Source: Octopus sinensis (taxonomy: Eukaryota). From it: DNA of 15,313 bases. The stretch is from the NCBI RefSeq assembly GCF_006345805.1, contig NW_021825499.1, positions 1 through 15,313 of the forward strand, given 5' to 3'. Made by a program: the position numbers and the translations under genes. Shown here piece after piece: positions 1 to 9,510 of this stretch (its first letter is position 1; each line of letters opens with the position of its first letter). Under the pieces are notes generated by a model. That model did no database searches and was not told the DNA's origin. It saw only the letters and a list, made by a program, of their open reading frames with translations.

Positions 1-139
1 ATGAAAGAGAGTGAGTGACGGAGAAAGCCAGATACATAAAACAATGAGAGTAGAATTGTCAAAGTTTGTTTTTGGCCCTAGCAACGACACCTTTTGAGAT
101 GGGGATTTCTAACCTAGCTCACTGGCATCCTCACCTAAT

Positions 140-262
140 TTTACATGTCCCTGTAAATTTTGGAGTCAATCCGACGGGATCTAGTGGCCTTTAACCCGTT
201 CTCAATGCCAAAACCAGACAAACAAACAAACTTTTCGCATTTCAGATTTATAATACAGAGAT
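140..262 (-). mobile_element. Possible terminus of a non-autonomous Helitron/DINE-like element
   Basis: The + strand reads cagacaaacaaacaaacttttcgcat...ttataata. This resembles the reverse complement of the TATTATAAATGCGAAAGTTTGTTTG-type ends of rolling-circle non-autonomous elements. Pattern recognition only. Confidence 0.3.
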
Positions 263-460
263 ATACTAGCATTATGACACGTCGTTGCCGGGTCATAGTG
301 TTAGTGCATGCATATATGTGTACATATTACATGTACATCTCTATATATATACATCTACACAAAATACAAAATACAAAGTTATATCTTGATATCGCTAGTG
401 ATGACAATACTCAAAATATATAACACACTGTAATTGTAGGCCCATCTCTTGCAATTTCGA

Positions 461-964
461 TCAATTGTATCTTGGCCTCCCTCCTTCCTCTTGTGTGGCT
501 ACAATCCAGCCTACCTCTACTTCTGGGGGGGGGGGGGCATTTAAAATTTTTATCCGGGACGTCCTACAAAGGTATAAAGGTAAAAATAAAATATTTCCAC
601 TTTGCAAGGTTTGAGTCGAGTACTCCTTTGCACGCTCCATTGACTCGAACCTTGCTTCTATTGTGGCGAATTTACCGCCTCTGGTTAGATATTTTTCATA
701 GTCGCACCAAGACACTTTTCTATGGTGCTTTCCTCCAGGTGTTCAAATCTTTTTTTTTTCTCTACATTGTATACTGTATAGACAATAGTCTTTTATTTAA
801 TTTAAATTTTTTATTTCGTTTGGTGGTGTTATCTTAGAGTTACCGGCTTTGTAGGTGATCAATCCGAAGTAGCTTTGTATTTCTTCCATTTTAATCTTAA
901 TGAGTTCGCGCCCGCCGACGGCTGCAGCGAAATTCATTTTTGGACTTTCTTCAATCGCAGGCAT
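461..964 (-). pseudogene. Frameshifted ORF1-like (probable LINE) remnant
   Basis: Manual minus-strand translation across frameshifts: MPAIEESPKMNFAAAVGGRELIKIKMEEIQSYFGLITYK... / TIVYTVYNVEKKKRFEHLEESTIEKCLG... / YLTRGGKFATIEARFESMERAKEYSTQTLQSGNILFLPLYL...RIKILNAPP. Protein-like composition and a FAAAV motif reminiscent of non-LTR ORF1 N-termini. Family assignment is inference. Confidence 0.4.
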
Positions 965-1719
965 TCTAACAAAAATGCTTCCGTGTAAACGGTGAAAATA
1001 TTCTCAATTTCCCCAAACAGGGACACAATTCAATTTTTAAACAATAACCAAAGCTCCTACCAACCCCAAAGGGGAAGGGTTACGTTTACAATTATTTAAC
1101 AAATGCAACACACAACAACGTTTCCCTTACGAGGAACCAACAAACGTGATACAATAGTTAAATATAATAATAACAACAATCTTACGGTGAATCAAAAAGT
1201 GGTACGCAGTTGAAGCTATAGTCCTTTATGTATAAGAAATAAACCAACAGCAGTACTCAGTAGAAGCGGCTGTTGGAGAAAACAGATATTACATACAGCC
1301 AAACTTCATATAGATACTTAATGCTAGCTAATTAGCAGATAATCTTATGTAAAAGCCGTGGTAAACGGTATGTGCACAGCTCCATCTGGACTATTCCATT
1401 TCTACACGCTAATTTTATTTTTAATATATTCCCATTCATGTAAAACCACTTATTCAAGTTCAAGTCATTGGTGTCATTTTATACCAATTGCTATTTTTAC
1501 TTTTGTTATGTTACGATTATATTATACTTTAGTTTGATTTTAATTATTATTTACTATATATAATTCAATTGTTATTATTATCTCTAATTTGTATTGTTAA
1601 AGTGAAAGTATCTGACATAAAGTAGTGAAATGTTTTTGTTTCACTTTTAACACGTAATACTGAAATAGTGGAGAAGATATGATAGGCAAGAAGTTGAACA
1701 TTTTTTTGCCGATGACACT

Positions 1720-1827
1720 CCCCGGACTCTAAGTAAGGCATGTATAAAATTTGAATGAAATTGGTTGTGTAGTTCTCAAGTTTTAGGGAAACACACACAG
1801 ACAGACAGGCAGACCACACATTATCAG

Positions 1828-1840
<13 letters not shown>
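1720..1840 (-). mobile_element. 5' part of a non-autonomous Helitron-like repeat
   Basis: Minus strand reads tatatatatgaaactgataatgtgtggtctgcctgtctgtctgtgtgtgtttccctaaaacttgagaactacacaaccaatttcattcaaattt. The (CTGT)n block and atttcattcaaattt motif are typical of such elements; the motif recurs at ~8030. Confidence 0.45.
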
Positions 1841-1909
<69 letters not shown>

Positions 1910-1938
1910 ATCTATATATCTATATATATATATATATA

Positions 1939-1992
<54 letters not shown>

Positions 1993-2040
1993 TATTATAT
2001 ATATTATATATATATATATATTATATATATATATAGATAT
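1832..2040. repeat. (TA)n microsatellite, interrupted
   Basis: Direct reading. Confidence 0.98.
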
Positions 2041-2378
2041 GCGCATGGCTCAGTGGTTATAGCGTCGAGCTTACGATCGTGAGGTTGTGAGCTCGAATCC
2101 CGGATCGGGCTGCGTGTTGTGTTCTTGAGCAAAACACTTTATTTCACGTTGCTCCAGTTCACTCAGCTGTAGAAATGAGTTGCGACGTCACAGGTGCCAA
2201 GCTGTATCGACCTTTGTCTTTCCCTTGGATAACACTGGTGGCGTGGAGAGGGGAGGCTGGTATGCATGGGCGACTGCTGGCCTTCCATAAACAACCTTGC
2301 CCGGACTTGTGTCTAGGAGGGTAACTTTCTAGGTGCAATCCCATGGTCATTCATGACCGAAGGGGGTCTTTACCCTTT
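2041..2378 (+). mobile_element. tRNA-derived SINE (family A), full length
   Basis: Pol III A box tggctcagtgg (2046-2056), B-box-like gctcgaatcc (2091-2100), central gtgttgtgttcttgagcaaaacac domain, and 3' hairpin ggtcat-tc-atgacc (2345-2358). Related pieces occur at 2510-2667, 4070-4170 and 4587-4645. Confidence 0.85.
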
Positions 2379-2509
2379 ATATTACTTTATTTAAAGCAGC
2401 AGAAAATTCAAAAAAACCTGTTACTCTGAGTAGATAATAACCTGCACAAATGATTTGCTTATAATTATTTAAATGTTTATGTTGTACGTTAGCTAATCCT
2501 CTCAATGAA

Positions 2510-2667
2510 ATCGACGTCGCCTGAACAAGCCCATGGGGTACCAAACGTCAAGTGCCAAAGTGAAGGCAGAGCAACGTAAGATGAAATGTCTTGCTCAAGA
2601 GCAAAATGCATCATCCAGTCCAGGAATTGAAACCACGATGAAGTGATCGTTAGTAAAACACGCTGAC
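2510..2667 (-). mobile_element. Degenerate SINE family A fragment
   Basis: Minus strand gtttcaattcctggactgg...ctcttgagcaagacatttcatcttacgttgctc aligns by eye with 2090-2155. Confidence 0.6.
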
Positions 2668-2804
2668 TACATACATACATACGTACATACATACATACAT
2701 ACATACATACATACATACATACATACATACATACATGCATGAACATACATACATATATACATACATGCATGAACATACATACATATGTACATACATGCAT
2801 GAAC

Positions 2805-2835
<31 letters not shown>

Positions 2836-2880
2836 CATACATACATACATACATACATACATACATACATACATACATAC
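2668..2880. repeat. (ATAC)n microsatellite with internal 30-bp higher-order units
   Basis: Direct reading; three atacatgcatgaac-containing 30-mers start at 2731, 2761 and 2791. Confidence 0.95.
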
Positions 2881-3204
2881 GTGTGTTGAAATATCTAGAA
2901 TATCTGACAAATAATAATCTCAATTTCCAAGAGTTATTTCCCTTGTGTTTAAGGGAAATAACGCATGAATATTTTGAAAGAAACTGGAATCTGATGTAAA
3001 TGTTTTTTTGATTAAATCTTTTATTCGTTTCAGTCATTAGAACAACCGACAATGCCCTCGCACAGGCTTGAAGAATTTTAATTGAACAATATGAACACGA
3101 ATGAATCGTCCAAGAGTGGACTGCAGCTGGTAAAGGCTGTGTGAAGATAACTAAGACGGTCAGTGAATCTTTGATGATGAGAAACAAACAAAAACGTAAA
3201 GCAC

Positions 3205-3358
3205 AAACACACACACACATACACACGCACCACACACACACACACACACACGCGCACACACGCACACACACACAGACACATAGACACACACACACCTAAC
3301 ACACATACACGCATACACCTAACAGACATACACGCACACATACGCACATATACACGCA
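3205..3358. repeat. Degenerate (CA)n microsatellite
   Basis: Direct reading. Confidence 0.9.
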
Positions 3359-3439
3359 AGCGCGGTTGACGATAAAATTTTTGATGGTCACAACCAGAAC
3401 GTCTTTGATAAGGGCTAACAACCAGATCAACAAAGCAAC

Positions 3440-3920
3440 AAAAAATTGAAAAAAGAAACAGAATCGATACAAACAAACAATATGTGTATAGGGAGAAGGT
3501 GTCAAAAATGTAGAGTCTTTGGAATTTGGGATGAGACAATGGCAGACGTTGTTGCATAATGTCCCAAGTGGGTGCAGGGAAAAATAAGAAATGGCAGCTA
3601 TGAGAGTTTACTCTTGAAGCTTCGTCAGAAATGGGGGATTTGAAGCTGGAGGTACATGGTGTGATCATTGGGTCGAAAGAATGCTGGAGTCGGTGAAATG
3701 TAAGATTTTATGGGATTTTCCTATTCACACGCTTAAGAAGCTAGAAAATAAAATACCAGGCATAACAATAACCGACAAGGAAAAACGAAGCTGCTTCTTA
3801 TTGATTCATCATGTCCGTTTGATTCCAGGATTTTACAGAAAAAGGATAAACTACAAAGAAGCATAATCCCATATAATTTGAAATTGCAATAATATGGAAT
3901 ATGAACACTCTACAGGAAGT
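3440..3920 (+). pseudogene. R4/NeSL-type non-LTR retrotransposon C-terminal remnant (CCHC knuckle + restriction-like endonuclease)
   Basis: Across stops and frameshifts: LKKETES, CRVFGIWDETMADVVA*CPKW (decayed CCHC), GFEAGGTWCDHWVERMLESVKCKILWDFPIHT...KIPGITITDK (WDFxIxTD..N.PD motif), CPFDSRI, EIAIIWNM. Confidence 0.85.
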
Positions 3921-4069
3921 TTGCCTTTTAAGGACAGAAAAGATTATCAAGAGGGTTTTAAGCCCTTGAAAGAGAATTGAAAGCTTGTAGCTAAGGTTAC
4001 AGGTAATAAGCCGCTACCCACCTGAATTCTACAAGGGATAAGAACAAATATTCCTCCTCCTCTTCCTTG

Positions 4070-4170
4070 TGTTCTTGCTCATGAACACAACACGCCGCCC
4101 GGTCTAGGAACTGAAACCCCGATCTCGCGTTGTCAGTGCACTATCTGAACCGCTAGGTCAGGCACCTTCA
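4070..4170 (-). mobile_element. SINE family A 5' head, truncated
   Basis: Minus strand ggtgcctgacctagcggtt...ggtttcagttcctagaccgggcggcgtgttgtgttcatgagcaagaacac matches the head of 2041-2378. Confidence 0.7.
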
Positions 4171-4361
4171 ATAATAATAATAATAATCCTTTGTACTATA
4201 GCCACTAAGTCTGAAATTTTTGTTGGGGGGGAGGGTAGTCGATTACATCTCGCCCAGTACTCAACGGGTACCTATTTTAATCGACCCCGAAAATACGAAG
4301 GTCAAATCGACCTGGTGGAATTTGAACTCAGAATGTCAGGGCGAAGGAAATGCCGCTTAGC
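4171..4361 (-). mobile_element. tRNA-derived SINE (family B) with (ATT)n tail
   Basis: Minus strand B box gagttcaaattcc, central ttttcggggtcgattaaaataggtacc domain, ends tagtacaaaggattattattatt. Confidence 0.75.
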
Positions 4362-4362
4362 A

Positions 4363-4442
<80 letters not shown>

Positions 4443-4455
4443 TAATAATAATAAT
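4363..4455. repeat. (AAT)n microsatellite
   Basis: Direct reading, one interruption. Confidence 0.98.
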
Positions 4456-4585
4456 ATATGTGGAGATGGAGAAGAATCAACAAATCATATTGTCTCTGGC
4501 TGCCCAGTCCTGGCTAAGAAGGAATATATTTACAGACATGACACAGTTGGCAACTATATACACTGGAAGCTATGCCTCTATGGAG
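4456..4585 (+). pseudogene. R4/NeSL-type non-LTR CCHC zinc-knuckle fragment
   Basis: ICGDGEESTNHIVSGCPVLAKKEYIYRHDTVGNYIHWKLC fits CxxC..ET..HI.SGC..LA...Y..RHD.V...IHW of RLE-type retrotransposons. Confidence 0.9.
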
Positions 4586-4586
4586 A

Positions 4587-4645
4587 GGAACTTTCTAGAT
4601 GCATCCCATGGTCATTCATAACCGAAGGGTGTCTTTACCCTTTAT
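4587..4645 (+). mobile_element. SINE family A 3' tail fragment
   Basis: aactttctagatgcatcccatggtcattcataaccgaagggtgtctttaccctttat is near-identical to 2324-2380. Confidence 0.85.
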
Positions 4646-5053
4646 TACTCTTTACACTTTTACTTGTTTCAGTCATTTGACTGCGGCCATGCTGGAGCAC
4701 CGCCTTTAGTCGAGCAAATCGACTCCGGGGCTTATTCTTTGTAAGCCCAGTACTTATTCTATCGGTCCCTTTTGCCGAGCCGCTAAGTGACAGGGACGTA
4801 AACACACCAGCATCAGTTGTCAAGCAATGCTAAGGGGACAAACACAGACACACAAACATATACACACACATAAATATATATATATACATATATACGACAA
4901 GCTTCTTTCAGTTTCCGTCTACCAAATCCACACACAAGGCATTGGTCGGCCCGAGGCTATAGCAGAAGACACTTGCCCAAGATGCCACGCAGTGGGACTG
5001 AACCCGGAACCATGTGGTTGGTAAGCAAGCTACTTACCACACAGCCACTCCTG
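4646..5053 (-). mobile_element. tRNA-derived SINE (family C) with internal TA/TG microsatellite
   Basis: Minus strand head caggagtggctgtgtggtaag (A box) and ggttcagtccc (B box), cttgggcaagtgtcttc domain, internal simple repeat ~4850-4895, tail ...ggccgcagtcaaatgactgaaacaagtaaaag. Confidence 0.85.
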
Positions 5054-5110
5054 AGCATATATATATATATACATATACTCAAACATATTAGTGGTACACA
5101 GTAAATATAA

Positions 5111-5564
5111 TAGATCCCACTTTTTATCCTCAGTTACATATCGACGCTTAAAACTGGCATCTCGAGGATTTTTCCAGCAGCTGTGTGCAAATGTATACAC
5201 ACGTTGAGTCTGGTCATTGTCCAGAATACTAGGAGCTTCTCGACAGCATCTGTTCGTAAGCCCGAGCTTATGGAGGTGTCGATGTTGTTTTGTGAAGGAA
5301 CAAGTTCAACCGTCGAAGCAAGAGTACTTGTGATTAGTTGTTATTTAACCATTTCAAGTGAGGCCTCATCTTCCACAACAAATGGTCACCCTGACCTCGG
5401 TTTGTCTTCGAGGCTGGTGTCACCTTCCTTTTGTGTCACACGTTCATTGATAGTTTCTGGGCCTTTCACATCATTAATTTCCTTTGCTGCTGCCCTTACT
5501 CTCAGGTTTTCTTTTTACTACGGGTAACGGAAACGGCTCTGATTGCAATTTCTCCACCACTCAT
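5111..5564 (-). pseudogene. Mariner transposase N-terminal remnant
   Basis: MSGGEIAIRAV... AAAKEINDVKGPETINERVTQ..KEGDTSLEDKPRSG*P (HTH region; SLED.PRSGRP motif), HLHKLG, and RRYVTEDKKW (decayed IVTGDEKW, first catalytic Asp). Contains stops and frameshifts. Confidence 0.85.
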
Positions 5565-5738
5565 TATCAAATCTGTAAAATAAAGAATACACAGTTAATG
5601 ACAGGACAGGAGGAGACACGTGGGATGGATGGATGCTGAAAGATGTGTGACGGAAGATTTCAGACAAAGGACAGATGTATTAACCAAGTGTATTGTAAGT
5701 GTGGTTAATTAGCAAAACTGTGACTGTCTACAAATATA

Positions 5739-5742
<4 letters not shown>

Positions 5743-5781
<39 letters not shown>
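5743..5781. repeat. (TA)n microsatellite, followed by short (GT)n
   Basis: Direct reading. Confidence 0.95.
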
Positions 5782-5785
<4 letters not shown>

Positions 5786-6036
5786 GGATGTGTGTGTGTG
5801 TGTACGTGATTGTAGTTTATGCACATCCACAAATTAGCACGCATGTCGCTCAAATTTTAGGAGGACATTCGTCACGATCCCAGCTGTATTTTCGTCAAAT
5901 TATTTTCCCCAAGGCACCCGCGAATAGCGGTAAATAATTTTGAGCCATAACTTCTAAATTTTTACGGCGGGGAAACCCACCATTATTTACAAAGCAAACA
6001 TGAGTTAAGTCCCCTCCTAGCGACAGTGTAAAGAGA

Positions 6037-6040
<4 letters not shown>

Positions 6041-6074
<34 letters not shown>
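6041..6074. repeat. (GA)n microsatellite
   Basis: Direct reading. Confidence 0.95.
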
Positions 6075-6082
<8 letters not shown>

Positions 6083-6277
6083 TAACAGATTTTAAAAATC
6101 TAGTCTTTTTACTGGCAAAAACAGACAGACAGGTGTTGTTATGTATGTATGTATGTATGTATGTGTGAATGGCTTCAGTCACACATACACACACACGAGC
6201 ATATATGCGTAGAAAACACCTGTATGCAATGTGTGTGTGTTGCCCGTGTATGTATATATATATATATATATATATAT

Positions 6278-6553
6278 TACGGAAATGTACTCGCATAGCA
6301 AGTAATTTGATCTGAGATCGTGTGCTGAAACGAAAACAATTGCAGCGTGGAAGGTGTTTATAAGCCATTTAAGAAACACACAAAAGCCATTCAATTCACT
6401 TCAACATTTAAGAGCACGGATTTTTGTCAGTGAACAGGTGACGGATTTTAGCGACGAAAATATTTTGACAAATTAAACTTAAATGTTGAAGTGAATCGAA
6501 CGGCTTTTGTGTGTTTCTTAAATGGCTTATAAACACCTACCACGCTGCAATTG

Positions 6554-6555
<2 letters not shown>
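6278..6555. mobile_element. Fold-back element with 78-bp inverted repeat; probable inverted pair of PLE terminal repeats
   Basis: 6335-6412 is the reverse complement of 6478-6555 with 3 mismatches. It is flanked by (TA)n on both sides and has an HHR-like motif between the arms. Confidence 0.65.
6423..6472 (+). ncRNA. Minimal type I hammerhead ribozyme-like motif with G3:C8 core
   Basis: Stem I tttgtca (6423-29)/tgacaaa (6466-72), 7/7 bp. Core GUGAACA (6430-36), extra G. Stem II gtgac/gcgac, 3/5 bp. GAAA (6456-59). Palindromic stem III AAUAUU (6459-64). H17=U6465. Confidence 0.6.

Positions 6556-6611
<56 letters not shown>
6556..6611. repeat. (TA)n microsatellite
   Basis: Direct reading. Confidence 0.98.
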
Positions 6612-7340
<729 letters not shown>

Positions 7341-7344
7341 TATA

Positions 7345-7747
7345 TCCCTGGATATCTCGATATTCTTCTCTTTCTCCACAACTTTTTTCCAATTAGCTGA
7401 ATCTGTTGCTCTACTCATAGCGATATATAGCTGGTTGTGCGTGAACATGGGAGAGATCAGAGGTTACCAGAGCAAAAGACCTACGTGTTTACTGTAGACA
7501 CGCTCCTTCGCAAACGATCAGCTATTATTTTGTAAACAATGTTTCGAAACTGTTCATATTTTCGAAAGGAGAGATATGACTTTCACATCTCTGCGGAAGA
7601 CGGTAGGCTTCTCTATTCCTGTTACAAAACGTACGTCCGGGTGCCAAATTTGCTTCAATTGATAGTGTTACTCGGGTAGGAGGTGGTAGTGGGACAGTGA
7701 CAAGGGCAAAGGTGTGCAAAAACATGTATGCAATAGGTGTATGTACG

Positions 7748-7778
<31 letters not shown>

Positions 7779-7790
7779 TGCCCATATATA
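7345..7790 (-). mobile_element. Helitron derivative with PIF1-like helicase C-terminal remnant
   Basis: Minus strand HVGLLLW*PLISPMFTHNQLYIAMSRATD matches the PIF1/Helitron helicase motif VGL.L..PVF.HGQLYVA.SR. A weaker NLAPGRTFCN (NL.P...LCNG-like) lies upstream. Confidence 0.65.
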
Positions 7791-8138
7791 TATAAATACT
7801 TAGTTGTAACCTGAACATAACCGCTTCTCACATAGAGGATCGTGGGCCCTTTTGGGCGTTCTAGTTTCCTTGCTGGAAGGGTTCTCAACCCATGGGCAAA
7901 GTGGGGCTACATGAAAAATATAACAAAAAACAATCGATGAGTGGAAAAAATCGATAAACCGATTCCTTATGGGATTTCCCAATCAAATTGTCTCCAAAAT
8001 TTCAGCCGAAAGTTTACCAATTTCAACGGATTTCATTCAAATTTGACGTCGATGTTACTTAGTTTGCTTTGAAATAAAGAGCTTGATTAGACTAATAATC
8101 CTAACTTAATCCCGAGCAAAGCCGGGCTATACTGCTAG
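7791..8138 (+). mobile_element. Non-autonomous Helitron with canonical 3' end
   Basis: Subterminal GC hairpin cccgagcaaagccggg (8111-8126), then 8 nt, then CTAG (8135-8138) followed by T. Internal ggatttcattcaaattt motif. The 5' boundary is uncertain. Confidence 0.7.
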
Positions 8139-8300
8139 TATATATAAAAAATGTTTGTATGTTATTTGTGAAAACATTGAATAAACGATTCAACAATGAT
8201 TGGACGGCAATTTGCATCAAATTAATGATGTAGCATGGTGATACAAGTTGCCAAAAAGATTATCGATGATAAATCCCAAAAAACTTTTGATTCAACCTCG

Positions 8301-8324
8301 TCTCTCTCTCTCTCTCTCTTTCTT

Positions 8325-8361
<37 letters not shown>
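8301..8361. repeat. (CT)n microsatellite
   Basis: Direct reading. Confidence 0.95.
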
Positions 8362-8364
<3 letters not shown>

Positions 8365-9062
8365 GCCCGTGGGTTCTGACTAGATCTCGGGTTCGTATCT
8401 GGGGCCAGCGTGTTCTTGGGTTTCTCTTACGCCTGTCACCGCGGGAGCATTTTTCCATCTTTCCGTCAGTTGCAGTTTGTTTCCTTGCTTGCATATATAT
8501 ACACACACATATAATACCCCTACTTTTTGTACACACACGCACACACATACATACACGCACTCACACACACACACCTACATATACCCTCTGTTAAGCAAAT
8601 TTACTCGCCATACATACAACAAACGCACACGGACATACATACTACAACAAAACACACACACACGGGACGTACATACGCACGCACACATTCCTTTTCTTCC
8701 TCCTTTTACTACTGACCTGTGACTGCTACGTCCACTAGCTTTCGCCCTACGTACACATACTTACACACAGACGCACGCACTAATAGACACACATTTTTTA
8801 TCTCGCACACCGTTACGACCGCTGCTCGCCACTAGCCGTCGCCTTACACACACATACACACACACACACGTACATACTCACATACACACCCTCTTCTTCT
8901 CACTCATTGTGTTTTTACCTACCTTCTTTTTCCGCTCTCCTGTCTTTGAAAACCTGTCCCCTCTCGTCTACGACTTCCTGCCTTTCAGTATGTTTACCTC
9001 GTGAAGACCAGTCGCATTTTTTTCCCTCTGTCCTCCCACCTCGGGATCTTTCTTTCTCTTAT

Positions 9063-9097
9063 GTTTCCGACGAAGAGCTCCGCTCGAAACGTCATAC
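9063..9097 (+). ncRNA. Minimal PLE-type hammerhead ribozyme motif
   Basis: Core CCGACGA (9067-73; U4 replaced by C), extra A. Stem II GAGC/GCUC, 4/4 bp, with a 3-nt loop. GAAA (9086-89). Palindromic ACGU stem III, GUC cleavage triplet (C17=9093). Stem I GUUU/AUAC, 3/4 bp. Confidence 0.75.
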
Positions 9098-9510
9098 CCT
9101 CCTTCTTCCCATTTTTCCTGAGCGCCTAATAATAATACTTTAATTGTTCCACCTCTTTGCGTTGTTGTCTTTTCTGTTTTCATGTTTGGATTAACCTTAT
9201 ACACCTTGTGCGCTCACACGGACACCTTGTACCTTGGATACCAATTCCCGGATTTTTGCACCTACGGATTACTGTTACCATTCTTCCGGACTTACGGATT
9301 ACTTGTTACCATTCCCCCGGAGTACTGCCACTATCGTGATTGGAAATCAAAAATTAATCTGTCCGTTGACTCTCTCAAACTCTTTCCTAACTTTTTTCAA
9401 ATTGTTTTCAAACTTTCTTCACCTTTTTCTTCTTTTTGTCTTCTTTTTGTCTTTCCCTTTTTTCTGTATCGCCACCACCCACGCCTACACCTTTTTCACC
9501 ACTTCTCATC

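Noticed and set aside
535-547. G13 homopolymer as a G-quadruplex or regulatory site
   Set aside because: Simple run expansion inside the ORF1-like remnant; no other support
1942-1995. Possible symmetric C1946/G1991 pair in the first TA array
   Set aside because: Only one matched pair and the other interruptions are not mirrored; could be chance
1765-2082. ORFs rich in IY, CV, HT or SL dipeptides (also 2489-3295, 6965-7396, 8222-8722, 12272-13569, 14735-15044)
   Set aside because: Translations of stop-free microsatellites, not genes
2041-2110. tRNA-like sequences (also 4990-5053 and 6920-6992)
   Set aside because: A/B boxes are present but they continue into SINE bodies with no proper acceptor stem; SINE heads, not tRNA genes
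3600-3628. CTGACGA on the minus strand
   Set aside because: No downstream GAAA or stems; lies within R4 coding remnant
4315-4680. 121-aa ORF with poly-Asn and a zinc knuckle
   Set aside because: Chance fusion of antisense SINE, (AAT)n, an R4 fragment and a SINE tail; no evidence of a real gene
5183-5527. 114-aa plus-strand ORF
   Set aside because: Antisense to the mariner transposase remnant
5855-6022. Possible MITE with taggagg termini
   Set aside because: Only ~7 bp of inverted match and no TSD
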